NCBI GenBank assembly: GCA_051362555.1
Contig: CM120647.1
Location: 10,640,651 to 10,704,650, forward strand
DNA: 64,000 nt
Origin: Lingula anatina
Lineage: Eukaryota; Animalia; Brachiopoda
Direction of reading: 5' to 3'
Shown: piece by piece, positions 27,701 to 42,700 of the stretch
Position numbering within the stretch: position 1 is the stretch's first letter
How the letters are laid out: every line of letters begins with the position of its first letter
The notes under the pieces: generated by a model
What the model saw: the letters and a program-made list of their open reading frames with translations, nothing else
Database searches by the model: none
Told to the model about the DNA's origin: nothing
Made by a program: the position numbers and the translations under genes

Positions 27701-30700
27701 CAATTTTGGCCAGGTAGGGATGAAAAATTTTTTTCTTCAATATTGTGTCAGGTAGGTGTGTTTGGTCATTTGTAGTGAGGGTAAAGTGCTGGAAGAGTGA
27801 TTGTGTCATTATTTAGGAAGAAATAGAGCAAAAACTCCCTCCACCCCCCCTCTCTCCAAATCCTGTTCTCAGGTGTGCTTTCTGGCAATCTTTAAAGCTG
27901 AAATTGGGGGCTTTAATGAAGTGACCCGGGCGCGTTTCCACATTTTTTATGAATGTCAGGTGTGGTAAATTAATTTTCATCACTTTTTGTAAAAATTGGT
28001 GACGGGTCATTTTTGGGTGATTTTGAGAGATTTTCGTAAGGTCCGGATATGGCAGTTTTCTTCAATTTTGGCCAGGTAGGGATGAAAAATTTTTTTCTTC
28101 AATATTGTGTCAGGTAGGTGTGTTTGGTCATTTGTAGTGAGGGTAAAGTGCTGGAAGAGTGATTGTGTCATTATTTAGGAAGAAATAGAGCAAAAACTCT
28201 CTCCACCCCCCCTCTCTCCAAATCCTGTTCTCAGGTGTGCTTTCTGGCAATCTTTAAAGCTGAAATTGGGGGCTTTAATGAAGTGACCCGGGCGCGTTTC
28301 CACATTTTTTATGAATGTCAGGTGTGGTAAATTAATTTTCATCACTTTTTGGAAAAATTGGTGACGGGTCATTTTTGGGTGATTTTGAGAGATTTTCGTA
28401 AGGTCCGGATATGGCAGTTTTCTTCAATTTTGGCCAGGTAGGGATGAAAAATTTTTTTCTTCAATATTGTGTCAGGTAGGTGTGTTTGGTTATTTGTAGT
28501 GAGGGTAAAGTGCTGGAAGAGTGATTGTGTCATTATTTAGGAAGAAATAGAGCAAAAACTCTCTCCACCCCCCCCCCTCTCTCCAATTCCTGTTCTCAGG
28601 TGTGCTTTCTGGCAATCTTTAAAGCTGAAATTGGGGGCTTTAATGAAGTGACCCGGGCGCGTTTCCACATTTTTTATGAATGTCAGGTGTGGTAAATTAA
28701 TTTTCATCACTTTTTGGAAAAATTGGTGACGGGTCATTTTTGGGTGATTTTGAGAGATTTTCGTAAGGTCCGGATATGGCAGTTTTCTTCAATTTTGGCC
28801 AGGTAGGGATGAAAAATTTTTTTCTTCAATATTGTGTCAGGTTGGTGTGTTTGGTCATTTGTAGTGAGGGTAAAGTGCTGGAAGAGTGATTGTGTCATTA
28901 TTTAGGAAGAAATAGAGCAAAAACTCTCTCCACCCCCCCTCTCTCCAAATCCTGTTCTCAGGTGTGCTTTCTGGCAATCTTTAAAGCTGAAATTGGGGGC
29001 TTTAATGAAGTGACCCGGGCGCGTTTCCACATTTTTTATGAATGTCAGGTGTGGTAAATTAATTTTCATCACTTTTTGGAAAAATTGGTGACGGGTCATT
29101 TTTGGGTGATTTTGAGAGATTTTCGTAAGGTCCGAATATGGCAGTTTTCTTCAATTTTGGCCAGGTAGGGATGAAAAATTTTTTTCTTCAATATTGTGTC
29201 AGGTAGGTGTGTTTGGTCATTTGTAGTGAGGGTAAAGTGCTGGAAGAGTGATTGTGTCATTATTTAGGAAGAAATAGAGCAAAAACTCTCTCCACCCCCC
29301 CTCTCTCCAAATCCTGTTCTCAGGTGTGCTTTCTGGCAATCTTTAAAGCTGAAATTGGGGGCTTTAATGAAGTGACCCGGGCGCGTTTCCACATTTTTTA
29401 TGAATGTCAGGTGTGGTAAATTAATTTTCATCACTTTTTGGAAAAATTGGTGACGGGTCATTTTTGGGTGATTTTGAGAGATTTTCGTAAGGTCCGGATA
29501 TGGCAGTTTTCTTCAATTTTGGCCAGGTAGGGATGAAAAATTTTTTTCTTCAATATTGTGTCAGGTAGGTGTGTTTGGTCATTTGTAGTGAGGGTAAAGT
29601 GCTGGAAGAGTGATTGTGTCATTATTTAGGAAGAAATAGAGCAAAAACTCTCTCCACCCCCCCTCTCTCCAAATCCTGTTCTCAGGTGTGCTTTCTGGCA
29701 ATCTTTAAAGCTGAAATTGGGGGCTTTAATGAAGTGACCCGGGCGCGTTTCCACATTTTTTATGAATGTCAGGTGTGGTAAATTAATTTTCATCACTTTT
29801 TGGAAAAATTGGTGACGGGTCATTTTTGGGTGATTTTGAGAGATTTTCGTAAGGTCCGGATATGGCAGTTTTCTTCAATTTTGGCCAGGTAGGGATGAAA
29901 AATTTTTTTCTTCAATATTGTGTCAGGTAGGTGTGTTTGGTCATTTGTAGTGAGGGTAAAGTGCTGGAAGAGTGATTGTGTCATTATTTAGGAAGAAATA
30001 GAGCAAAAACTCTCTCTACCCCCCCTCTCTCCAAATCCTGTTCTCAGGTGTGCTTTCTGGCAATCTTTAAAGCTGAAATTGGGGGCTTTAATGAAGTGAC
30101 CCGGGCGCGTTTCCACATTTTTTATGAATGTCAGGTGTGGTAAATTAATTTTCATCACTTTTTGGAAAAATTGGTGACGGGTCATTTTTGGGTGATTTTG
30201 AGAGATTTTCGTAAGGTCCGGATATGGCAGTTTTCTTCAATTTTGGCCAGGTAGGGATGAAAAATTTTTTTCTTCAATATTGTGTCAGGTAGGTGTGTTT
30301 GGTCATTTGTAGTGAGGGTAAAGTGCTGGAAGAGTGATTGTGTCATTATTTAGGAAGAAATAGAGCAAAAACTCTCTCCACCCCCCCCTCTCTCCAAATC
30401 CTGTTCTCAGGTGTGCTTTCTGGCAATCTTTAAAGCTGAAATTGGGGGCTTTAATGAAGTGACCCGGGCGCGTTTCCACATTTTTTATGAATGTCAGGTG
30501 TGGTAAATTAATTTTCATCACTTTTTGGAAAAATTGGTGACGGGTCATTTTTGGGTGATTTTGAGAGATTTTCGTAAGGTCCGGATATGGCAGTTTTCTT
30601 CAATTTTGGCCAGGTAGGGATGAAAAATTTTTTTCTTCAATATTGTGTCAGGTAGGTGTGTTTGGTCATTTGTAGTGAGGGTAAAGTGCTGGAAGAGTGA

Positions 30701-33700
30701 TTGTGTCATTATTTAGGAAGAAATAGAGCAAAAACTCTCTCCACCCCCCCTCTCTCTAAATCCTGTTCTCAGGTGTGCTTTCTGGCAATCTTTAAAGCTG
30801 AAATTGGGGGCTTTAATGAAGTGACCTGGGCGCGTTTCCACATTTTTTATGAATGTCAGGTGTGGTAAATTAATTTTCATCACTTTTTGGAAAAATTGGT
30901 GACGGGTCATTTTTGGGTGATTTTGAGAGATTTTCGTAAGGTCCGGATATGGCAGTTTTCTTCAATTTTGGCCAGGTAGGGATGAAAAATTTTTTTCTTC
31001 AATATTGTGTCAGGTAGGTGTGTTTGGTCATTTGTAGTGAGGGTAAAGTGCTGGAAGAGTGATTGTGTCATTATTTAGGAAGAAATAGAGCAAAAACTCC
31101 CTCCACCCCCCCTCTCTCCAAATCCTGTTCTCAGGTGTGCTTTCTGGCAATCTTTAAAGCTGAAATTGGGGGCTTTAATGAAGTGACCCGGGCGCGTTTC
31201 CACATTTTTTATGAATGTCAGGTGTGGTAAATTAATTTTCATCACTTTTTGTAAAAATTGGTGACGGGTCATTTTTGGGTGATTTTGAGAGATTTTCGTA
31301 AGGTCCGGATATGGCAGTTTTCTTCAATTTTGGCCAGGTAGGGATGAAAAATTTTTTTCTTCAATATTGTGTCAGGTAGGTGTGTTTGGTCATTTGTAGT
31401 GAGGGTAAAGTGCTGGAAGAGTGATTGTGTCATTATTTAGGAAGAAATAGAGCAAAAACTCTCTCCACCCCCCCCTCTCTCCAAATCCTGTTCTCAGGTG
31501 TGCTTTCTGGCAATCTTTAAAGCTGAAATTGGGGGCTTTAATGAAGTGACCCGGGCGCGTTTCCACATTTTTTATGAATGTCAGGTGTGGTAAATTAATT
31601 TTCATCACTTTTTGGAAAAATTGGTGACGGGTCATTTTTGGGTGATTTTGAGAGATTTTCGTAAGGTCCGGATATGGCAGTTTTCTTCAATTTTGGCCAG
31701 GTAGGGATGAAAATTTTTTTTCTTCAATATTGTGTCAGGTAGGTGTGTTTGGTCATTTGTAGTGAGGGTAAAGTGCTGGAAGAGTGATTGTGTCATTATT
31801 TAGGAAGAAATAGAGTAAAAACTCTCTCCACCCCCCCTCTCTCCAAATCCTGTTCTCAGGTGTGCTTTCTGGCAATCTTTAAAGCTGAAATTGGGGGCTT
31901 TAATGAAGTGACCCGGGCGCGTTTCCACATTTTTTATGAATGTCAGGTGTGGTAAATTAATTTTCATCACTTTTTGGAAAAATTGGTGACGGGTCATTTT
32001 TGGGTGATTTTGAGAGATTTTCGTAAGGTTCGAATATGGCAGTTTTCTTCAATTTTGGCCAGGTAGGGATGAAAAATTTTTTTCTTCAATATTGTGTCAG
32101 GTAGGTGTGTTTGGTCATTTGTAGTGAGGGTAAAGTGCTGGAAGAGTGATTGTGTCATTATTTAGGAAGAAATAGAGCAAAAACTCTCTCCACCCCCCCT
32201 CTCTCCAAATCCTGTTCTCAGGTGTGCTTTCTGGCAATCTTTAAAGCTGAAATTGGGGGCTTTAATGAAGTGACCCGGGCGCGTTTCCACATTTTTTATG
32301 AATGTCAGGTGTGGTAAATTAATTTTCATCACTTTTTGGAAAAATTGGTGACGGGTCATTTTTGGGTGATTTTGAGAGATTTTCGTAAGGTCCGGATATG
32401 GCAGTTTTCTTCAATTTTGGCCAGGTAGGGATGAAAAATTTTTTTCTTCAATATTGTGTCAGGTAGGTGTGTTTGGTCATTTGTAGTGAGGGTAAAGTGC
32501 TGGAAGAGTGATTGTGTCATTATTTAGGAAGAAATAGAGCAAAAACTCTCTCTACCCCCCCTCTCTCCAAATCCTGTTCTCAGGTGTGCTTTCTGGCAAT
32601 CTTTAAAGCTGAAATTGGGGGCTTTAATGAAGTGACCCGGGCGCGTTTCCACATTTTTTATGAATGTCAGGTGTGGTAAATTAATTTTCATCACTTTTTG
32701 GAAAAATTGGTGACGGGTCATTTTTGGGTGATTTTGAGAGATTTTCGTAAGGTCCGGATATGGCAGTTTTCTTCAATTTTGGCCAGGTAGGGATGAAAAA
32801 TTTTTTTCTTCAATATTGTGTCAGGTAGGTGTGTTTGGTCATTTGTAGTGAGGGTAAAGTGCTGGAAGAGTGATTGTGTCATTATTTAGGAAGAAATAGA
32901 GCAAAAACTCTCTCCACCCCCCCCTCTCTCCAAATCCTGTTCTCAGGTGTGCTTTCTGGCAATCTTTAAAGCTGAAATTGGGGGCTTTAATGAAGTGACC
33001 CGGGCGCGTTTCCACATTTTTTATGAATGTCAGGTGTGGTAAATTAATTTTCATCACTTTTTGGAAAAATTGGTGACGGGTCATTTTTGGGTGATTTTGA
33101 GAGATTTTCGTAAGGTCCGGATATGGCAGTTTTCTTCAATTTTGGCCAGGTAGGGATGAAAAATTTTTTTCTTCAATATTGTGTCAGGTAGGTGTGTTTG
33201 GTCATTTGTAGTGAGGGTAAAGTGCTGGAAGAGTGATTGTGTCATTATTTAGGAAGAAATAGAGCAAAAACTCTCTCTACCCCCCCTCTCTCCAAATCCT
33301 GTTCTCAGGTGTGCTTTCTGGCAATCTTTAAAGCTGAAATTGGGGGCTTTAATGAAGTGACCCGGGCGCGTTTCCACATTTTTTATGAATGTCAGGTGTG
33401 GTAAATTAATTTTCATCACTTTTTGGAAAAATTGGTGACGGGTCATTTTTGGGTGATTTTGAGAGATTTTCGTAAGGTCCGGATATGGCAGTTTTCTTCA
33501 ATTTTGGCCAGGTAGGGATGAAAAATTTTTTTCTTCAATATTTTGTCAGGTAGGTGTGTTTGGTCATTTGTAGTGAGGGTAAAGTGCTGGAAGAGTGATT
33601 GTGTCATTATTTAGGAAGAAATAGAGCAAAAACTCTCTCCACCCCCCCTCTCTCCAAATCCTGTTCTCAGGTGTGCTTTCTGGCAATCTTTAAAGCTGAA

Positions 33701-36700
33701 ATTGGGGGCTTTAATGAAGTGACCCGGGCGCGTTTCCACATTTTTTATGAATGTCAGGTGTGGTAAATTAATTTTCATCACTTTTTGGAAAAATTGGTGA
33801 CGGGTCATTTTTGGGTGATTTTGAGAGATTTTCGTAAGGTCCGGATATGGCAGTTTTCTTCAATTTTGGCCAGGTAGGGATGAAAAATTTTTTTCTTCAA
33901 TATTGTGTCAGGTAGGTGTGTTTGGTCATTTGTAGTGAGGGTAAAGTGCTGGAAGAGTGATTGTGTCATTATTTAGGAAGAAATAGAGCAAAAACTCTCT
34001 CTACCCCCCCTCTCTCCAAATCCTGTTCTCAGGTGTGCTTTCTGGCAATCTTTAAAGCTGAAATTGGGGGCTTTAATGAAGTGACCCGGGCGCGTTTCCA
34101 CATTTTTTATGAATGTCAGGTGTGGTAAATTAATTTTCATCACTTTTTGGAAAAATTGGTGACGGGTCATTTTTGGGTGATTTTGAGAGATTTTCGTAAG
34201 GTCCGGATATGGCAGTTTTCTTCAATTTTGGCCAGGTAGGGATGAAAAATTTTTTTCTTCAATATTGTGTCAGGTAGGTGTGTTTGGTCATTTGTAGTGA
34301 GGGTAAAGTGCTGGAAGAGTGATTGTGTCATTATTTAGGAAGAAATAGAGCAAAAACTCTCTCCACCCCCCCCCCTCTCTCCAAATCCTGTTCTCAGGTG
34401 TGCTTTCTGGCAATCTTTAAAGCTGAAATTGGGGGCTTTAATGAAGTGACCCGGGCGCGTTTCCACATTTTTTATGAATGTCAGGTGTGGTAAATTAATT
34501 TTCATCACTTTTTGGAAAAATTGGTGACGGGTCATTTTTGGGTGATTTTGAGAGATTTTCGTAAGGTCCGGATATGGCAGTTTTCTTCAATTTTGGCCAG
34601 GTAGGGATGAAAAATTTTTTTCTTCAATATTGTGTCAGGTAGGTGTGTTTGGTCATTTGTAGTGAGGGTAAAGTGCTGGAAGAGTGATTGTGTCATTATT
34701 TAGGAAGAAATAGAGCAAAAACTCTCTCTACCCCCCCTCTCTCCAAATCCTGTTCTCAGGTGTGCTTTCTGGCAATCTTTAAAGCTGAAATTGGGGGCTT
34801 TAATGAAGTGACCCGGGCGCGTTTCCACATTTTTTATGAATGTCAGGTGTGGTAAATTAATTTTCATCACTTTTTGGAAAAATTGGTGACGGGTCATTTT
34901 TGGGTGATTTTGAGAGATTTTCGTAAGGTCCGGATATGGCAGTTTTCTTCAATTTTGGCCAGGTAGGGATGAAAAATTTTTTTCTTCAATATTTTGTCAG
35001 GTAGGTGTGTTTGGTCATTTGTAGTGAGGGTAAAGTGCTGGAAGAGTGATTGTGTCATTATTTAGGAAGAAATAGAGCAAAAACTCTCTCCACCCCCCCT
35101 CTCTCCAAATCCTGTTCTCAGGTGTGCTTTCTGGCAATCTTTAAAGCTGAAATTGGGGGCTTTAATGAAGTGACCCGGGCGCGTTTCCACATTTTTTATG
35201 AATGTCAGGTGTGGTAAATTAATTTTCATCACTTTTGGGAAAAATTGGTGACGGGTCATTTTTGGGTGATTTTGAGAGATTTTCGTAAGGTCCGGATATG
35301 GCAGTTTTCTTCAATTTTGGCCAGGTAGGGATGAAAAATTTTTTTCTTCAATATTGTGTCAGGTAGGTGTGTTTGGTCATTTGTAGTGAGGGTAAAGTGC
35401 TGGAAGAGTGATTGTGTCATTATTTAGGAAGAAATAGAGCAAAAACTCTCTTCACCCCCCCTCTCTCCAAATCCTGTTCTCAGGTGTGCTTTCTGGCAAT
35501 CTTTAAAGCTGAAATTGGGGGCTTTAATGAAGTGACCCGGGCGCATTTCCACATTTTTTATGAATGTCAGGTGTGGTAAATTAATTTTCATCACTTTTTG
35601 GAAAAATTGGTGACGGGTCATTTTTGGGTGATTTTGAGAGATTTTCGTAAGGTCCGGATATGGCAGTTTTCTTCAATTTTGGCCAGGTAGGGATGAAAAA
35701 TTTTTTTCTTCAATATTGTGTCAGGTAGGTGTGTTTGGTCATTTGTAGTGAGGGTAAAGTGCTGGAAGAGTGATTGTGTCATTATTTAGGAAGAAATAGA
35801 GCAAAAACTCTCTCCACCCCCCCTCTCTCCAAATCCTGTTCTCAGGTGTGCTTTCTGGCAATCTTTAAAGCTGAAATTGGGGGCTTTAATGAAGTGACCC
35901 GGGCGCGTTTCCACATTTTTTATGAATGTCAGGTGTGGTAAATTAATTTTCATCACTTTTTGGAAAAATTGGTGACGGGTCATTTTTGGGTGATTTTGAG
36001 AGATTTTCGTAAGGTCCGGATATGGCAGTTTTCTTCAATTTTGGCCAGGTAGGGATGAAAAATTTTTTTCTTCAATATTGTGTCAGGTAGGTGTGTTTGG
36101 TCATTTGTAGTGAGGGTAAAGTGCTGGAAGAGTGATTGTGTCATTATTTAGGAAGAAATAGAGCAAAAACTCTCTCCACCCCCACTCTCTCCAAATCCTG
36201 TTCTCAGGTGTGCTTTCTGGCAATCTTTAAAGCTGAAATTGGGGGCTTTAATGAAGTGACCCGGGCGCATTTCCACATTTTTTATGAATGTCAGGTGTGG
36301 TAAATTAATTTTCATCACTTTTTGGAAAAATTGGTGACGGGTCATTTTTGGGTGATTTTGAGAGATTTTCGTAAGGTCCGGATATGGCAGTTTTCTTCAA
36401 TTTTGGCCAGGTAGGGATGAAAAATTTTTTTCTTCAATATTGTGTCAGGTAGGTGTGTTTGGTCATTTGTAGTGAGGGTAAAGTGCTGGAAGAGTGATTG
36501 TGTCATTATTTAGGAAGAAATAGAGTAAAAACTCTCTCCACCCCCCCTCTCTCCAAATCCTGTTCTCAGGTGTGCTTTCTGGCAATCTTTAAAGCTGAAA
36601 TTGGGGGCTTTAATGAAGTGACCCGGGCGCGTTTCCACATTTTTTATGAATGTCAGGTGTGGTAAATTAATTTTCATCACTTTTTGGAAAAATTGGTGAC

Positions 36701-39700
36701 GGGTCATTTTTGGGTGATTTTGAGAGATTTTCGTAAGGGACGGATATGGCAGTTTTCTTCAATTTTGGCCAGGTAGGGATGAAAAAATTTTTTCTTCAAT
36801 ATTGTGTCAGGTAGGTGTGTTTGGTCATTTGTAGTGAGGGTAAAGTGCTGGAAGAGTGATTGTGTCATTATTTAGGAAGAAATAGAGCAAAAACTCTCTC
36901 CACCCCCCCCCCTCTCTCCAAATCCTGTTCTCAGGTGTGCTTTCTGGCAATCTTTAAAGCTGAAATTGGGGGCTTTAATGAAGTGACCCGGGCGCGTTTC
37001 CACATTTTTTATGAATGTCAGGTGTGGTAAATTAATTTTCATCACTTTTTGGAAAAATTGGGGACGGGTCATTTTTGGGTGATTTTGAGAGATTTTCGTA
37101 AGGTCCGGATATGGCAGTTTTCTTCAATTTTGGCCAGGTAGGGATGAAAAATTTTTTTCTTCAATATTGTGTCAGGTAGGTGTGTTTGGTCATTTGTAGT
37201 GAGGGTAAAGTGCTGGAAGAGTGATTGTGTCATTATTTAGGAAGAAATAGAGCAAAAACTCTCTCCACCCCCCCTCTCTCCAAATCCTGTTCTCAGGTGT
37301 GCTTTCTGGCAATCTTTAAAGCTGAAATTGGGGGCTTTAATGAAGTGACCCGGGCGCGTTTCCACATTTTTTATGAATGTCAGGTGTGGTAAATTAATTT
37401 TCATCACTTTTTGGAAAAATTGGTGACGGGTCATTTTTGGGTGATTTTGAGAGATTTTCGTAAGGTCCAGATATGGCAGTTTTCTTCAATTTTGGCCAGG
37501 TAGGGATGAAAAATTTTTTTCTTCAATATTGTGTCAGGTAGGTGTGTTTGGTCATTTGTAGTGAGGGTAAAGTGCTGGAAGAGTGATTGTGTCATTATTT
37601 AGGAAGAAATAGAGCAAAAACTCTCTCCACCCCCCCCTCTCTCCAAATCCTGTTCTCAGGTGTGCTTTCTGGCAATCTTTAAAGCTGAAATTGGGGGCTT
37701 TAATGAAGTGACCCGGGCGCGTTTCCACATTTTTTATGAATGTCAGGTGTGGTAAATTAATTTTCATCACTTTTTGGAAAAATTGGGGACGGGTCATTTT
37801 TGGGTGATTTTGAGAGATTTTCGTAAGGTCCGGATATGGCAGTTTTCTTCAATTTTGGCCAGGTAGGGATGAAAAATTTTTTTCTTCAATATTGTGTCAG
37901 GTAGGTGTGTTTGGTCATTTGTAGTGAGGGTAAAGTGCTGGAAGAGTGATTGTGTCATTATTTAGGAAGAAATAGAGCAAAAACTCTCTCCACCCCCCCT
38001 CTCTCCAAATCCTGTTCTCAGGTGTGCTTTCTGGCAATCTTTAAAGCTGAAATTGGGGGCTTTAATGAAGTGACCCGGGCGCGTTTCCACATTTTTTATG
38101 AATGTCAGGTGTGGTAAATTAATTTTCATCACTTTTTGGAAAAATTGGTGACGGGTCATTTTTGGGTGATTTTGAGAGATTTTCGTAAGGTCCAGATATG
38201 GCAGTTTTCTTCAATTTTGGCCAGGTAGGGATGAAAAATTTTTTTCTTCAATATTGTGTCAGGTAGGTGTGTTTGGTCATTTGTAGTGAGGGTAAAGTGC
38301 TGGAAGAGTGATTGTGTCATTATTTAGGAAGAAATAGAGCAAAAACTCTCTCCACCCCCCCCTCTCTCCAAATCCTGTTCTCAGGTGTGCTTTCTGGCAA
38401 TCTTTAAAGCTGAAATTGGGGGCTTTAATGAAGTGACCCGGGCGCGTTTCCACATTTTTTATGAATGTCAGGTGTGGTAAATTAATTTTCATCACTTTTT
38501 GGAAAAATTGGGGCGGGTCATTTTTGGGTGATTTTGAGAGATTTTCGTAAGGTCCGGATATGGCAGTTTTCTTCAATTTTGGCCAGGTAGGGATGAAAAA
38601 TTTTTTTCTTCAATATTGTGTCAGGTAGGTGTGTTTGGTCATTTGTAGTGAGGGTAAAGTGCTGGAAGAGTGATTGTGTCATTATTTAGGAAGAAATAGA
38701 GCAAAAACTCTCTCCACCCCCCCTCTCTCCAAATCCTGTTCTCAGGTGTGCTTTCTGGCAATCTTTAAAGCTGAAATTGGGGGCTTTAATGAAGTGACCC
38801 GGGCGCGTTTCCACATTTTTTATGAATGTCAGGTGTGGTAAATTAATTTTCATCACTTTTTGGAAAAATTGGTGACGGGTCATTTTTTGGTGATTTTGAG
38901 AGATTTTCGTAAGGTCCGGATATGGCAGTTTTCTTCAATTTTGGCCAGGTAGGGATGAAAAATTTTTTTCTTCAATATTGTGTCAGGTAGGTGTGTTTGG
39001 TCATTTGTAGTGAGGGTAAAGTGCTGGAAGAGTGATTGTGTCATTATTTAGGAAGAAATAGAGCAAAAACTCTCTCCACCCCCCCTCTCTCCAAATCCTG
39101 TTCTCAGGTGTGCTTTCTGGCAATCTTTAAAGCTGAAATTGGGGGCTTTAATGAAGTGACCCGGGTGCGTTTCCACATTTTTTATGAATGTCAGTTGTGG
39201 TAAATTAATTTTCATCAATTTTTGGAAAAATTGGTGACGGGTCATTTTTGGGTGATTTTGAGAGATTTTCGTAAGGTCCGGATATGGCAGTTTTCTTCAA
39301 TTTTGGCCAGGTAGGGATGAAAAATTTTTTTCTTCAATATTGTGTCAGGTAGGTGTGTTTGGTCATTTGTAGTGAGGGTAAAGTGCTGGAAGAGTGATTG
39401 TGTCATTATTTAGGAAGAAATAGAGCAAAAACTCTCTCCACCCCCCCTCTCTCCAAATCCTGTTCTCAGGTGTGCTTTCTGGCAATCTTTGAAGCCGAAA
39501 TTGGGGGTTTAATGAAGTGACCCGGGCGCGTTTCCACATTTTTTATGAATGTCAGGTGTGGTAAATTAATTTTCATCACTTTTTGGAAAAATTGGGGACG
39601 GGTCATTTTTGGGTGATTTTGAGAGATTTTCGTAAGGTCCGGATATGGCAGTTTTCTTCAATTTTGGCCAGGTAGGGATGAAAAATTTTTTTCTTCAATA

Positions 39701-42700
39701 TTGTGTCAGGTAGGTGTGTTTGGTCATTTGTAGTGAGGGTAAAGTGCTGGAAGAGTGATTGTGTCATTATTTAGGAAGAAATAGAGCAAAAACTCTCTCC
39801 ACCCCCCCTCTCTCCAAATCCTGTTCTCAGGTGTGCTTTCTGGCAATCTTTAAAGCTGAAATTGGGGGCTTTAATGAAGTGACCCGGGTGCGTTTCCACA
39901 TTTTTTATGAATGTCAGGTGTGGTAAATTAATTTTCATCACTTTTTGGAAAAATTGGTGACGGGTCATTTTTGGGTGATTTTGAGAGATTTTCGTAAGGT
40001 CCGGATATGGCAGTTTTCTTCAATTTTGGCCAGGTAGGGATGAAAAATGTTTTTCTTCAATATTGTGTCAGGTAGGTGTGTTTGGTCATTTGTAGTGAGG
40101 GTAAAGTGCTGGAAGAGTGATTGTGTCATTATTTAGGAAGAAATAGAGCAAAAACTCTCTCCACCCCCCCTCTCTCCAAATCCTGTTCTCAGGTGTGCTT
40201 TCTGGCAATCTTTAAAGCTGAAATTGGGGGCTTTAATGAAGTGACCCGGGCGCGTTTCCACATTTTTTATGAATGTCAGGTGTGGTAAATTAATTTTCAT
40301 CACTTTTTGGAAAAATTGGTGACGGGTCATTTTTGGGTGATTTTGAGAGATTTTCGTAAGGTCCGGATATGGCAGTTTTCTTCAATTTTGGCCAGGTAGG
40401 GATGAAAAATTTTTTTCTTCAATATTGTGTCAGGTAGGTGTGTTTGGTCATTTGTAGTGATGGTAAAGTGCTGGAAGAGTGATTGTGTCATTATTTAGGA
40501 AGAAATAGAGCAAAAACTCTCTCCACCCCCCCTCTCTCCAAATCCTGTTCTCAGGTGTGCTTTCTGGCAATCTTTAAAGCTGAAATTGGGGGCTTTAATG
40601 AAGTGACCCGGGCGCGTTTCCACATTTTTTATGAATGTCAGGTGTGGTAAATTAATTTTCATCACTTTTTGGAAAAATTGGTGACGGGTCATTTTTGGGT
40701 GATTTTGCGAGATTTTCATAAGGTCCGGATATGGCAGTTTTCTTCAATTTTGGCCAGGTAGGGATGAAAAATTTTTTTCTTCAATATTGTGTCAGGTAGG
40801 TGTGTTTGGTCATTTGTAGTGAGGGTAAAGTGCTGGAAGAGTGATTGTGTCATTATTTAGGAAGAAATAGAGCAAAAACTCTCTCCACCCCCCCTCTCTC
40901 CAAATCCTGTTCTCAGGTGTGCTTTCTGGCAATCTTTAAAGCTGAAATTGGGGGCTTTAATGAAGTGACCCGGGCGCGTTTCCACATTTTTTATGAATGT
41001 CAGGTGTGGTAAATTAATTTTCATCACTTTTTGGAAAAATTGGTGACGGGTCATTTTTGTGTGATTTTGAGAGATTTTCGTAAGGTCCGGATATGGCAGT
41101 TTTCTTCAATTTTGGCCAGGTAGGGATGAAAAATTTTTTTCTTCAATATTGTGTCAGGTAGGTGTGTTTGGTCATTTGTAGTGAGGGTAAAGTGCTGGAA
41201 GAGTGATTGTGTCATTATTTAGGAAGAAATAGAGCAAAAACTCTCTCCACCCCCCCCCCCCTCTCTCCAAATCCTGTTCTCAGGTGTGCTTTCTGGCAAT
41301 CTTTAAAGCTGAAATTGGGTGCTTTAATGAAGTGACCCGGGCGCGTTTCCACATTTTTATGAATGTCAGGTGTGGTAAATTAATTTTCATCACTTTTTGG
41401 AAAAATTGGTGACGGGTCATTTTTGGGTTATTTTGAGAGATTTTCGTAAGGTCCGGATATGGCAGTTTTCTTCAATTTTGGCCAGGTAGGGATGAAAAAT
41501 TTTTTTCTTCAATATTGTGTCAGGTAGGTGTGTTTGGTCATTTGTAGTGAGGGTAAAGTGCTGGAAGAGTGATTGTGTCATTATTTAGGAAGAAATAGAG
41601 CAAAAACTCTCTCCACCCCCCCCTCTCTCCAAATCCTGTTCTCAGGTGTGCTTTCTGGCAATCTTTAAAGCTGAAATTGGGGGCTTTAATGAAGTGACCC
41701 GGGCGCGTTTCCACATTTTTTATGAATGTCAGGTGTGGTAAATTAATTTTCATCACTTTTTGGAAAAATTGGTGACGGGTCATTTTTGGGTGATTTTGAG
41801 AGATTTTCGTAAGGTCCGGATATGGCAGTTTTCTTCAATTTTGGCCAGGTAGGGATGAAAAATTTTTTTCTTCAATATTGTGTCAGGTAGGTGTGTTTGG
41901 TCATTTGTAGTGAGGGTAAAGTGCTGGAAGAGTGATTGTGTCATTATTTAGGAAGAAATAGAGCAAAAACTCTCTCCACCCCCCCTCTCTCCAAATCCTG
42001 TTCTCAGGTGTGCTTTCTGGCAATCTTTAAAGCTGAAATTGGGGGCTTTAATGAAGTGACCCGGGCGCGTTTCCACATTTTTTATGAATGTCAGGTGTGG
42101 TAAATTAATTTTCATCACTTTTTGGAAAAATTGGTGACGGGTCATTTTTGGGTGATTTTGAGAGATTTTCGTAAGGTCCGGATATGGCAGTTTTCTTCAA
42201 TTTTGGCCAGGTAGGGATGAAAAATTTTTTTCTTCAATATTGTGTCAGGTAGGTGTGTTTGGTCATTTGTAGTGAGGGTAAAGTGCTGGAAGAGTGATTG
42301 TGTCATTATTTAGGAAGAAATAAAGCAAAAACTCTCTCCACCCCCCCTCTCTCCAAATCCTCTTCTCAGGTGTGCTTTCTGGCAATCTTTAAAGCTGAAA
42401 TTGGGGGCTTTAATGAAGTGACCCGGGCGCGTTTCCACATTTTTTTATGAATGTCAGGTGTGGTAAATTAATTTTCATCACTTTTTGGAAAAATTGGTGA
42501 CGGGTCATTTTTGTGTGATTTTGAGAGATTTTCGTAAGGTCCGGATATGGCAGTTTTCTTCAATTTTGGCCAGGTAGGGATGAAAAATTTTTTTCTTCAA
42601 TATTGTGTCAGGTAGGTGTGTTTGGTCATTTGTAGTGAGGGTAAAGTGCTGGAAGAGTGATTGTGTCATTATTTAGGAAGAAATAGAGCAAAAACTCTCT

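Noticed and set aside
7900-41250. C-tract length variation (C7 to ~C12) as programmed phase variation
   Set aside because: Explained by slippage or long-read homopolymer error in non-coding DNA.
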